The notes beneath the pieces were generated by a model. The model made no database searches. It was not told the DNA's origin and saw only the letters and a program-made list of their open reading frames with translations. Position numbers and translations under genes: made by a program. This document shows positions 55,635 to 64,000 of a stretch of 64,000 nt of DNA, in pieces (the first letter of the stretch is position 1; the number at the start of each line of letters is the position of its first letter). Source of the DNA: Syntrophorhabdaceae bacterium (lineage in GTDB: Bacteria; Desulfobacterota; Syntrophorhabdia; Syntrophorhabdales; Syntrophorhabdaceae); assembly GCA_963665295.1 (NCBI GenBank), contig OY762209.1:192001-256000 (forward strand), given 5' to 3'.

Positions 55635-55850
55635 TTAAGGCAACGTTGTGAAGGTTACCACGTTGCTCCTGGCGCTGTTGCCGACCGCCGTTCTTGTGGC
55701 GACACGGTAAAAGTAGGTTGTGTTCGCCGTCAGGCCGGTCATGGTCCTCGTGGCGAGCGTGGCCGGGGTTACGTTTGTCGTATTGACCCCTGTCGTAAAG
55801 GCCGCGTTCGTCGCACGCTGAATGGCGATGCCCGTCACGTTGGTGCCGTC
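55635..55850 (-). pseudogene. Orphan C-terminal fibronectin type III fragment of a deleted secreted protein
   Basis: TGIAIQRATNAAFTTG..TGLTANTTYFYRV..GNSARSN. No signal peptide, and an in-frame stop just upstream. Confidence 0.65.
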
Positions 55851-56659
55851 GATAGGGCCGTCCTCGACCTGGTCCACAAGCAGGTAGGGGGCGGCAAGGC
55901 GGCCGGGTTGGTTGCCTCATTACCCCTTATGCGTGTCCTTTTTCCCAAAACGCTTGTTTCCTTATGAAGGAGACAGGCTTCTCCACCTTGCCTCGGTTTT
56001 CGAACTGAACAGCGCCGCGCGCCACATCCTGCGAAGACTGCTTACAGGATCACGTTGCCTCGGTAATCCGCCCGATGGCGCAATCCTACTCGCTTTCCTC
56101 AAGGCTTTACCTTTTTCTTCGCTTCCTTCCATCCCCATCCTGAAGCAGATTCCCATGGTGTCACGTCCCGCACCGTTCGGGGGTTGCCGGCATAACCCTG
56201 CCCATTCTGCCCCGGCTTTTGCCCGCGGCCTTCCGCGGGTTGCGTCGTCACGAATATTTTCCACTTGCCATGTGCCTTTCATCACCCGCCACCTCATCGT
56301 CAATTCATCCTCACCATATCCGTACCGCGGCAAAGGGCACCCGGACTTTCGCAAGGCGCCTATCGCGCACGACCGGTACGCTATTAGCCTTTGGTAACAA
56401 GCTCTGTGTCAGCAGGGGTAATAAGGGAATCACTGTACTTTGCACTGTTATTTCCACATGTTACCTTCACCGATGGCAGGCGGCTCCTATTCCTCTGTCT
56501 TGGATTGTAAACTGCAATCTCGCCGGAGAAGATTATGGCAGTCAGGCGGACGGGAGTTGGGCCGGGGAGGAGGCGCTTCACGATTATTGTTGCAGCCCGG
56601 GCCGGCGGATGGTAATAAGATTACAATGAGGCTCAAGAAGAACCTGGGGGTGTGAAGAT

Positions 56660-57079
56660 ATGGAGATAGTCAACCGGAAGATCACTTACGAAACGAAGGG
56701 CAGCGGCGACCTCATAAATATTACCGTTGAGCTTCATCGCATTATCGAGGAATCCACGCTGATGGACGGGAGCCTCACCGTCTTCGTGTCAGGCTCCACC
56801 GCAGGGATCACGACCTTCGAATACGAACCGGGAATGATAAAGGATATAGGAGAGTTTTACGAGAAACTCGCCCCGGCAGGCGTTCACTACCACCACGACG
56901 ACACGTGGGGGGACGCAAACGGGTTCAGCCACATACGCGCCGCCTTTACAGGCCCGTCCCTCTCCATACCTTTTGAGGAAGGGCGGCTTCTCCTGGGCAC
57001 CTGGCAGCAGGTAATACTCGCCGAGTTCGACAACAGGCCAAGAACAAGGTCCCTGACCATCCAACTAATGGGAATATAA
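56660..57079 (+). CDS. yjbQ: YjbQ/UPF0047 family protein
   Basis: GSTAGITT.E, YHH..GDANGFSHIRA, LLLGTWQQV..EFDNRPR. Confidence 0.92.
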   Translation: MEIVNRKITYETKGSGDLINITVELHRIIEESTLMDGSLTVFVSGSTAGITTFEYEPGMIKDIGEFYEKLAPAGVHYHHDDTWGDANGFSHIRAAFTGPSLSIPFEEGRLLLGTWQQVILAEFDNRPRTRSLTIQLMGI

Positions 57080-57194
57080 TCCAAGAGTTTCATCTCAGCA
57101 CGCACCGCGAGCGAGACTGCATTTTCTATTATCTTTGTCTGTTGGAGAGCAGTCCAAGCGTCACCCAGCTCACACAGTGAGCGAGAGGGGGAGG

Positions 57195-57234
57195 CTCTAC
57201 CGGCTTAGCCGGTGGAGGGGGCGACGCAAACCCC
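57195..57234. other. GC-rich hairpins between convergent genes (REP-like or terminator)
   Basis: ctctaccggc-tta-gccggtggag followed by gggg..cccc. Confidence 0.45.
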
Positions 57235-57235
57235 G

Positions 57236-58612
57236 TCAACTGCGCCCGTATTTCTTTTTCAGGAACTCCAGCCCGGTCATGGGGTAAAGGGCATAGATCA
57301 GGATATCACCCATGTCTTCCGTGATGCCTGCCAGCGCTTCTCTTGCCTTCGGCAACTCGGACTCAAGGATGTCGCCGGGTCTCGTATCTATGGGAACGTT
57401 GCCCTTTTCGTAGCCCTTGAGGGCCTTTGCGCGGATCTCCTCGTTGACGGGCGCGGGGGGCCTGCCGTAGAGGCCGTAGAAATAATCCTTCACCTCTTTG
57501 GAGATCATCCTGTATCTTCCCGCGATCACGTTGAATACTGCCTGGACGCCGACAATCTGGCTCGTGGGGGTGACGAGGGGAGGAAACCCGAGGTCCGCCC
57601 TGGTGCGCGGTATCTCTTCGTACACCTCCTTAAGCCTGTGAATGGCCTTCGCCTGTTTGAGCTGGCTCACGAGGTTGCTTATCATGCCTCCGGGTATCTG
57701 GTGCATGAGAACTCCGATGTCGATGACGGCAAACCGGGTATTGTCCGCAAACTGCATGTATTTCGGCACGATCGTTTCAAGGTACTCGTCAATCTCCGCG
57801 GCGATTTCCAGGTCTACCCCGGTATCGTAGGGGGTCCCGCGGAGGGTTATGATAAACGGCTCCACCGCTGAATGGGAAGACCGGAGCGCCAGGGGAGCGA
57901 GACATGTATCGATCCCGTCCGCGCCGGCCTCAATCGCCTTGAGACAGGCCATGGAGGCCATGCCGCTTGTGTAATGGGTATGGAGGTGTACGGGTATGCT
58001 CAAATTTGCCTTGAGGGCCGAAACGAGGTCATAGGCGTCATAAGGGGAGATGATGCCCGCCATATCCTTGATACAAAGGGAATGGGCTCCCATCTCTTCT
58101 ATCAGTTTCGCCTTTCCCACGTAATAATCTATGTTGAAAATAGGGCCGCCCAGTTTCTTTTCCGTGAGGGAGTAGGAGAGGGTGCCCTGGATGTGTTTGC
58201 CGCACTTCTTTATGGCGTCGAAAGCAGCGATGAAGTTACGCTCGTCGTTCAGGGCGTCGAAGACCCTGAAAATATCGATACCCACCTCCGCGGCCTTTTC
58301 CACAAAAGCCTCTACCACGTCATCGGCATAGTTTCGGTAGCCCACGAGGTTCTGTCCCCTGAGGAGCATCTGGAACTTCGTGGTAGGCATCTTCTCCTTA
58401 AGGAGCTTCACCCTTTCCCACGGGTCTTCGTTGAGAAAACGGGTCATCACGTCAAATGTCGCTCCGCCCCATACCTCCATGGAGTAGAACCCCATGCGCT
58501 CCATTTTCTCCGCGATGGGCAGCATGTCTTCAGTGGTCATTCTTGTGGCAAAAAGTGACTGGTGACCGTCCCTGAACGTCAGGTCTGTGATTTTGATGGG
58601 TTTCCCTTGCAT
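57236..58612 (-). CDS. Pyruvate carboxylase B / oxaloacetate decarboxylase alpha-type carboxyltransferase, without a biotinyl domain
   Basis: RDGHQSL, EVWGGATFD, QMLLRGQN, IKDMAG, HLHTH, HQIPGGM, PPLVTPTSQIVG. No MKM tail. Confidence 0.9.
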   Translation of the reverse strand: MQGKPIKITDLTFRDGHQSLFATRMTTEDMLPIAEKMERMGFYSMEVWGGATFDVMTRFLNEDPWERVKLLKEKMPTTKFQMLLRGQNLVGYRNYADDVVEAFVEKAAEVGIDIFRVFDALNDERNFIAAFDAIKKCGKHIQGTLSYSLTEKKLGGPIFNIDYYVGKAKLIEEMGAHSLCIKDMAGIISPYDAYDLVSALKANLSIPVHLHTHYTSGMASMACLKAIEAGADGIDTCLAPLALRSSHSAVEPFIITLRGTPYDTGVDLEIAAEIDEYLETIVPKYMQFADNTRFAVIDIGVLMHQIPGGMISNLVSQLKQAKAIHRLKEVYEEIPRTRADLGFPPLVTPTSQIVGVQAVFNVIAGRYRMISKEVKDYFYGLYGRPPAPVNEEIRAKALKGYEKGNVPIDTRPGDILESELPKAREALAGITEDMGDILIYALYPMTGLEFLKKKYGRS

Positions 58613-58705
58613 TGTTAACCTCCTCGCAAAAGTCGTGAATAGTTATCACGTATGCCCGAAAAAATCAATGGAATATTTCTCCCAAGTCTGCTATCCTTAT
58701 AGCCA

Positions 58706-58782
58706 CGGGAAGTAGCTCAGCATGGTGGAGCACAGCGTTCGGGACGCTGGGGTCGCAGGTTCAAATCCTGTCTTCCCGACCA
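58706..58782 (+). tRNA. tRNA-Pro(CGG)
   Basis: Acceptor CGGGAAG/CTTCCCG, anticodon arm CAGCG-TTCGGGA-CGCTG, GGTTCAAATCC, encoded CCA. Confidence 0.96.
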
Positions 58783-58801
58783 TAAACATATCAATGATAT
58801 T

Positions 58802-58836
58802 GGGGGTTGCATTTTTTTGCGACCCCTATTTTTTTG
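58802..58836 (+). terminator. Terminator after tRNA-Pro
   Basis: ggggttgca/tgcgacccc stem followed by a T-run. Confidence 0.7.
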
Positions 58837-59013
58837 TTACCGTCGTCGAAACACGCCCTATCTCCCGGACCCGGGAAGTTGCGTAAGCACTCGTGCAAAG
58901 GGGGCGGAGTGTTCGGGGGCTCACGCCCGGAAACATCACCTGCGCAAGGCATCATGATGGTCATGCCGTTTTTTGTGGATAATGAGACAATTTTTTGTTA
59001 TCATTGTGCCGTT

Positions 59014-59086
59014 GGTCCCATCGTCTAGTGGCCTAGGACGCTGGCCTCTCACGCCGGAAACAGGGGTTCGAACCCCCTTGGGACTA
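59014..59086 (+). tRNA. tRNA-Glu(CTC), CCA not encoded
   Basis: Acceptor GGTCCCA/TGGGACT, anticodon arm CTGGC-CTCTCAC-GCCGG, GGTTCGAACCC. Confidence 0.96.
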
Positions 59087-59177
59087 TTTTCTCCTTTTTC
59101 AACGCCTTTCCGCCTTTCTTTTCCGGCCCCTTTCCCGTGCCCCGGCGCCTCAACCCGTCTCGTTGTGTCACACATTC

Positions 59178-59215
59178 GTCTTGCGGGGCAAGACTCAAAT
59201 CTTGCGGCAAGAGAC
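59178..59215. promoter_or_regulatory. Tandem dyads GTCTTG-N5-CAAGAC-like upstream of multicopper oxidase 2
   Basis: GTCTTG-cgggg-CAAGAC (59178) and ATCTTG-cggca-AGAGAC (59199), 21 bp apart. Confidence 0.55.
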
Positions 59216-59314
59216 AATTCACGCGGCCTTCCCCTCCCCCTCGTTTGCATCTTTCTATCCATAACATGTTGTTTTTGTGCCTTTTTTTCTCAATACCCCT
59301 TCTCCAGGGCCTGA

Positions 59315-59330
59315 TGGCACGTATTTTGAT
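59315..59330 (+). promoter_or_regulatory. Sigma54 -24/-12-like promoter of multicopper oxidase 2
   Basis: TGGCACGTATTTTGAT: perfect -24, with GA in place of GC at -12. Confidence 0.55.
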
Positions 59331-59525
59331 TGTCCTTTCACAATATAAGGGAGCAATTGCGTTCTTAATCAGGCGGATGTTCTGCCTGGCGCTATCTCCG
59401 GCGGGGCGGAGATCGACGAGGCAACTGGTAACGGACGCCCGGCCTCGCTTCGCGGGTTCGGGCAAATTCACTGACACACGTTTGTACACAGATCAAAGGA
59501 GCAATCAAACAAGGAGGTATGCACC

Positions 59526-61727
59526 ATGAGGAAGCGATCAAGGTTCAACCGTTTGCTGGTATTGTTTTGTGTTTTATCCGTGCCCTTCTGGCTTGTCGGG
59601 GGCGTAGGCGCGAGCAGCCTGGTGGGGGACCAGACATGGCTGCCCGGCGACACCATATTCCCCGATATCGCCTTTACCCAGGCCATGCCCGTATTCGGTC
59701 CGGGCGCGGGCGCAACCCCCAGGGTAGATGCCCAGAAATACAACAACATCACCATAACCATGGGAGAGACGACGCAGCGAGTCCTTCCCGCCCCCTACGA
59801 TTTGACCCGTGTATGGGCCTACCAGACCACGGACACAAAGAAAGGTACCTTATTGGGGACAGCCCACTGGCCCGCGGTAACCCTCGTAGCCAAAAGGGGA
59901 AGCGCCACCACGATAAAATACGTGAACGACCTTCCCAGCTTCAACCCCCTCAACCCCACGGGGACAGGGATGGTCCAGGGCCTCCTCACTATTGACAAGA
60001 CCATCCATTGGGCCGACCCTCTCGACAGCCCGGCCATGAACTACTGTATCGACGACCCGACGCAGCCCGGCTGCGACATTCCTTTTATCGGCTCTCCTCC
60101 CGCGGTGCCGCACCTCCACGGCGCGGAACAGTCCTCCGGCTTCGATGGTGGTCCGACACAGTGGTTTACCGCCAACGGCGCTGAGGGACCCGGTTACTAT
60201 TCCATAGGGACTCCCGGCCCCGGCGAGGCCATATACAAGTACATCAACAAGCAGGAGCCCGGCACCCTGTGGTTCCATGACCACGCCCTGGGTGCGACCA
60301 GGACGAATGTGTACACCGGACTTGCGGGGTTCTATTTCGTGAAGGACTCCGGCAAGGAGCCCAAGAACCTCCCGAAAGACCAATACGAGGTCGAAATGGC
60401 CCTTCAGGACCGTCAGTTCGACACGAACGCCCAGTTCTTCTTTCCCGACGGCAGCGGCCTGTGCGGATCAGGGGGCGCCACCGACCCGTGCCTTAACGGC
60501 CCTCCGCCCAATCCCGGGGTTCACCCCTTCTGGATCCCCGAGTTCATCGGTGACGTATCGGTGGTAAACGGGGCGGCCTGGCCCTACCTTGCGGTGGAGC
60601 CGAGGCGCTATCTTTTCCGCATCCTCGACGGCGCCAATGCGAGGGTGTACCGTCTGACCTTCGGCAACGTCACCGGAGGAGAGGTCTTGCCTCCTGTGTA
60701 CCAGATAGGGTCTGACGCCAACTATTTCGACCAGCCCGTACCGGTGAGCCAGGTATTTGTCGCGCCGGGCGAGCGCGCATATGTAATCGTCGATTTCTCC
60801 GGTGTTCCCGCGGGCGGGACGGTAACCCTCATGAACGACGCGCCGATCCCCTATCCGAACGGACTCGTGCCGGGCGTGGATGTAAACCAGGTGGGCATGG
60901 GTCAGATCATGCAGTTCCGGGTCTCCCTTCCCCTCGCCGGTCAGGACAAGAGCTGCAACCCGGCTGTCGCCAACCAGTGCAAGAGACCGACCAAGATCGT
61001 ACGTCTCGCCGACGGCGCGGGAGCCATTGCAGCAGGGGTTACGGTCAACAGGATCAGGCAGCTTGCGCTCCTGGAGGCCGACGGCCCGGGAGGACCGCTT
61101 AACTCCTTTCTGAACAACACATACTGGGACGGTTCCAGGTCCGCCAATATCACCACCATATTCCCCACGGACGGCGTGAGTGAGTTGCCCCAGGTGGGGT
61201 CCATCGAGCAGTGGGAGATCATCAACCTCACCCCCGACGCCCACCCTATACACGTGCACCTCACCCAGTTCCAGGTCCTGAACAGACAGGCATACAACAC
61301 GGACCCCGCCACCGGCTATCCTGCCTCGTACAATGGAGCCTTCGGCACCGCGGGCCAGGCCCCTCTGCCCGCGGGCTGCACGGCGGGTTCGTACTGTCCG
61401 GGCTACGGACCTCCCCTTTCCTATAACGTGCTCAACGCGGACAATGCCCTCGGCGGCAACCCCGCAATAGGTCCGTTCCTGACGGGCGCGATCATCCCTC
61501 CCGAAGCAGGGGAGAGCGGCTGGAAGGAGACGGTCAAAGCCTATCCCGATCAGGTTCTCCGGATCCTGGTCAGGTGGGCGCCTTCGGACAAGACCGTCAA
61601 GTCGGTGAAGGCCGGGAAGAACCCCTACAGCTTCGATCCGACCCAGGGCCCCGGTTACGTGTGGCACTGTCATATCCTCGACCACGAAGATAACGAGATG
61701 ATGCGGCCCTACAACGTGACGAAGTGA
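59526..61727 (+). CDS. Secreted multicopper oxidase (CotA/bilirubin oxidase-like)
   Basis: [29 protein letters not shown]. Signal peptide. AAGGAGGT RBS. Confidence 0.94.
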   Translation: MRKRSRFNRLLVLFCVLSVPFWLVGGVGASSLVGDQTWLPGDTIFPDIAFTQAMPVFGPGAGATPRVDAQKYNNITITMGETTQRVLPAPYDLTRVWAYQTTDTKKGTLLGTAHWPAVTLVAKRGSATTIKYVNDLPSFNPLNPTGTGMVQGLLTIDKTIHWADPLDSPAMNYCIDDPTQPGCDIPFIGSPPAVPHLHGAEQSSGFDGGPTQWFTANGAEGPGYYSIGTPGPGEAIYKYINKQEPGTLWFHDHALGATRTNVYTGLAGFYFVKDSGKEPKNLPKDQYEVEMALQDRQFDTNAQFFFPDGSGLCGSGGATDPCLNGPPPNPGVHPFWIPEFIGDVSVVNGAAWPYLAVEPRRYLFRILDGANARVYRLTFGNVTGGEVLPPVYQIGSDANYFDQPVPVSQVFVAPGERAYVIVDFSGVPAGGTVTLMNDAPIPYPNGLVPGVDVNQVGMGQIMQFRVSLPLAGQDKSCNPAVANQCKRPTKIVRLADGAGAIAAGVTVNRIRQLALLEADGPGGPLNSFLNNTYWDGSRSANITTIFPTDGVSELPQVGSIEQWEIINLTPDAHPIHVHLTQFQVLNRQAYNTDPATGYPASYNGAFGTAGQAPLPAGCTAGSYCPGYGPPLSYNVLNADNALGGNPAIGPFLTGAIIPPEAGESGWKETVKAYPDQVLRILVRWAPSDKTVKSVKAGKNPYSFDPTQGPGYVWHCHILDHEDNEMMRPYNVTK

Positions 61728-61750
61728 TCCATTGCAGTTGAGGAACATAT

Positions 61751-61782
61751 GGGGAGGGCCGCATCGGGCGGCCCTCCTTTTT
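61751..61782 (+). terminator. Rho-independent terminator after multicopper oxidase 2
   Basis: ggagggccgc/gcggccctcc stem + TTTTT. Confidence 0.8.
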
Positions 61783-61815
61783 CAACGCCCCGGACATTAC
61801 AGGGAGGAGAACCAA

Positions 61816-62199
61816 ATGGAAAAGAGAAGGGAGGCCGCCCGTAAGGCCATGCTCATACCTGCGGCGGCTGTTTTCCTCATTTTGACGCTTACAGGCATAT
61901 CCGTTTCTTACACCAGGGACGACCTTGAAAAGATCAAGACCACAAACGTTTGCGAAAGCTGCAACCTCCGGGGCGCCTCCCTCACGGGGCTTGACCTTTC
62001 CGGTGCAAACCTCGCCCATGCGGACCTTACCGGCGCGAACCTCACGGGCGCCAACCTCACGGGGGCCAACCTCACGGGGGCCACGCTGATCGATGTGAGG
62101 TTCCTCGACGCGAACCTCACGGGGGCGAACTTCTCGGGGGCCACATGGATAGACGGTTCACCATGTAAAGCGGGCTCCACGGGAAAATGCGGCAAATAA
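61816..62199 (+). CDS. Exported pentapeptide-repeat protein
   Basis: Signal peptide, CESCNL, repeated ANLTG. Confidence 0.88.
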   Translation: MEKRREAARKAMLIPAAAVFLILTLTGISVSYTRDDLEKIKTTNVCESCNLRGASLTGLDLSGANLAHADLTGANLTGANLTGANLTGATLIDVRFLDANLTGANFSGATWIDGSPCKAGSTGKCGK

Positions 62200-62263
62200 G
62201 GGCCCGTTGTGATATCATCTGAACTGTGACCACAATCTTTTTCAGGAGGAGAAGCTAAAGAAC

Positions 62264-63055
62264 ATGAGACGGATATTCCTCGTTGTGCCCGGTTTGATCC
62301 TCGCAGTCTCCCTCGCCGTTCCCCTTGCCCGGGCGGACGACAAAAAAGCCCCGGAAGGGGAGCGGGCAAAAGAGAGTTATACCCTCGGTTACCGCCTGGG
62401 CAGCAACCTGAGGCTGCAGGAGGTGGACATTGACTTCGACGTCCTTGTGTCGGCCATGAGGAGCGGCCTCGCCGGGGAAAAGCCTGCCTTGAGCGTCCAG
62501 GATATGAACGCCATCGTAAAGGAGCTGAGGAAAAAAACGCTTGTCAGGACAAACAGGAAGTTCGAGGAACTGGCCGCCCTCAACCTCGGGAAAAGCAAGG
62601 TGTTCCTTGCGGAAAACAAGGCGAAGGAGGGCGTAATCACCCTGCCGAGCGGGCTGCAGTACAAGGTGGAGAAGGAGGGGAGCGGCCCTGTCCCGAAGGC
62701 GACCGATCACGTGGTCGTCAGCTATCGCGGGTTCCTCGCGGACGGCCTGGAGTTTGACAGTACGGGGAAGCGGGGAGGCTCCACGGCCGTCACGGTCAAA
62801 GGCGTAATAAAGGGTTGGACGGAAGCGCTCCAGATGATGAAGACAGGATCAAAGTGGCGGCTCTTCGTGCCCCCGGAACTCGCCTACGGCAAACGCCGGT
62901 TCGGGCGCATACCCCCTAACAGCCTCCTCATCTTCGACCTGGAACTCCTCTCCATCGGGGAACCCTCTCAGCCGGTCCGTCACGATCCCACGGTCGGCAA
63001 GAAGACAGGGGCGGATGATGACGAAGACCACCCGGCGGACGGGCTTTCCGACTAG
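62264..63055 (+). CDS. FkpA/Mip-type FKBP peptidyl-prolyl isomerase
   Basis: SYTLG, LPSGLQY, VSYRG..FDS, VIKGWTEAL, PELAYG, IPPNS. Confidence 0.93.
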   Translation: MRRIFLVVPGLILAVSLAVPLARADDKKAPEGERAKESYTLGYRLGSNLRLQEVDIDFDVLVSAMRSGLAGEKPALSVQDMNAIVKELRKKTLVRTNRKFEELAALNLGKSKVFLAENKAKEGVITLPSGLQYKVEKEGSGPVPKATDHVVVSYRGFLADGLEFDSTGKRGGSTAVTVKGVIKGWTEALQMMKTGSKWRLFVPPELAYGKRRFGRIPPNSLLIFDLELLSIGEPSQPVRHDPTVGKKTGADDDEDHPADGLSD

Positions 63056-63091
63056 GACGGTGCCGGGGTCGCTCGCGGTCCGTTGCAGGCC

Positions 63092-63706
63092 TTAGATGTT
63101 GGAAACCATGGCAGCCTTGAAAAAGCGAAGGTTCAGAAAGTCCCTGAACGACGTAAGGGCTTTGCCCCTGTGGCTGATGGCATTCTTTTCTTCCAGGGTC
63201 AGTTCGGCCATGGTCTTCCCGAATTCAGGCACCCGGAAGACCGGATCGTAGCCGAACCCCGCGGTCCCCTTCCTCTCGAACTCGATGAAACCGGGCAGGG
63301 CCCCGTAGAAGATGTAGCTCACTTCCCTTTCAGGGCGATAGTAGGCGAGGTATGCCTTGAACACGGCCTTCCTCTTTTCCCACTCCACCCCCTCGAGTTC
63401 CGACAGAAGCCGGTCAATCCGCTCTTCGTCGGTCCTTCCGTAGCGGGCGGACAAGACTCCCGGCCGGCCGTCCAGGGCCTCGACCTCAAGACCCGAATCG
63501 TCGGCAAGGGTCTCCATGGCGAACCTGTCGCCTATCTTTCGCGCCTTCTTTATCACGTTCTCCGTGTAAAGGAGGCTGTCTTCTTCTACCACTACCTTCT
63601 CGTCGAAATCATCCAGGGAGTAGCACCTGTCGAACTCGCCGGCAAGGATGTCGGCGATCTCGAGGAACTTGCCCCTGTTGCCTGTGGCGATGATGAGACT
63701 TTTCAT
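63092..63706 (-). CDS. rdgB: Non-canonical purine NTP pyrophosphatase
   Basis: ATGNRGK, ADDSGLEV..PGVLSARY, GFGYDPVF, KNAISHRGKA. Confidence 0.95.
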   Translation of the reverse strand: MKSLIIATGNRGKFLEIADILAGEFDRCYSLDDFDEKVVVEEDSLLYTENVIKKARKIGDRFAMETLADDSGLEVEALDGRPGVLSARYGRTDEERIDRLLSELEGVEWEKRKAVFKAYLAYYRPEREVSYIFYGALPGFIEFERKGTAGFGYDPVFRVPEFGKTMAELTLEEKNAISHRGKALTSFRDFLNLRFFKAAMVSNI

Positions 63707-63730
63707 GGAAAACCCCGGGCTTAAAGACCG

Positions 63731-64000
63731 TTACGCCGGGAACAGGGGGCCAAGGGCCACCTTCTGAGCCCGCGTGATCTCGTTTATTCCTCTGTACGCA
63801 TACTGGTACATGGTATCGAACTGTTCCTTTGTAAAGGGTGTCTTTTCCGCGGTCCCCTGCACTTCGATAAGCAGGCCCTTTCCCGTCATGACAAAATTCA
63901 TGTCCACTTCCGCCTTCGAATCTTCCTCGTAGGAAAGGTCGAGGACAACCTCGCCGTTGACGAGGCCCACGCTGATGGCCGCCACCGAATCCCTGAGGGG
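63731..64000 (-). CDS. rph: Ribonuclease PH, C-terminal part (window edge)
   Basis: [35 protein letters not shown]. Adjacent to rdgB. Confidence 0.95.
   Translation of the reverse strand, partial: PLRDSVAAISVGLVNGEVVLDLSYEEDSKAEVDMNFVMTGKGLLIEVQGTAEKTPFTKEQFDTMYQYAYRGINEITRAQKVALGPLFPA

Noticed and set aside
56497..56533. Third copy of the GTCTTG-N5-CAAGAC tandem upstream of the FN3 relic
   Set aside because: Half-sites are poor (TAAACT, ATCTCG), spacing is 20 bp, and there is no credible -24/-12 box at the expected distance.
55912..56655. Several 65-160-aa ORFs on both strands
   Set aside because: They overlap each other and have no motifs or convincing RBS, so the stretch was treated as intergenic or decayed DNA.
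58706..59086. tRNAs as integration sites for the copper region
   Set aside because: No integrase in the window, and I found no duplicated tRNA 3' end.
59405..59465. Possible c-di-GMP-I (GEMM) riboswitch in the oxidase 2 leader (GGCAA-CTG-GTAA-CGG-ACGC)
   Set aside because: Lacks the ACGCAAAG junction and the tetraloop-receptor helix. The leader is structured, but the call needs an Infernal search against Rfam.

Overview
A GC-rich bacterial chromosome segment. Gene content and style suggest an anaerobic Desulfobacterota (deltaproteobacterial) organism, possibly Syntrophorhabdus-like; this is an inference only. From left to right it contains five blocks. (1) 1-5600 is the edge of a probable defence island: the C-terminus of an S8 subtilase, an IS3 remnant, a duplicated 138-bp MITE-like element, a coupled P-loop ATPase + TPR-array gene pair, and vapBC. 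(2) modE-like regulator, hflX with an apparent non-AUG start, and an RfaH/NusG paralogue. (3) A dcw cluster in canonical order, mraZ to ftsZ. The genes in the ftsI and ftsW positions are intact ORFs but appear to be drastically reduced, motif-eroded FtsI and FtsW derivatives. This is the most striking observation in the window. (4) A type II secretion operon lacking gspG and gspD, followed by a ~28-kb copper-centred region. That region has two multicopper oxidases sharing a sigma54 promoter/enhancer layout, three NosL proteins with MacB-type ABC components but no nosZ, YtkA-CusBA, two FKBPs and several decaying genes. yjbQ, a carboxyltransferase subunit, tRNA-Pro(CGG) and tRNA-Glu(CTC) are interleaved. 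(5) rdgB and a partial rph. No CRISPR array or rRNA was seen. All calls come from reading motifs by eye; no database search was run.
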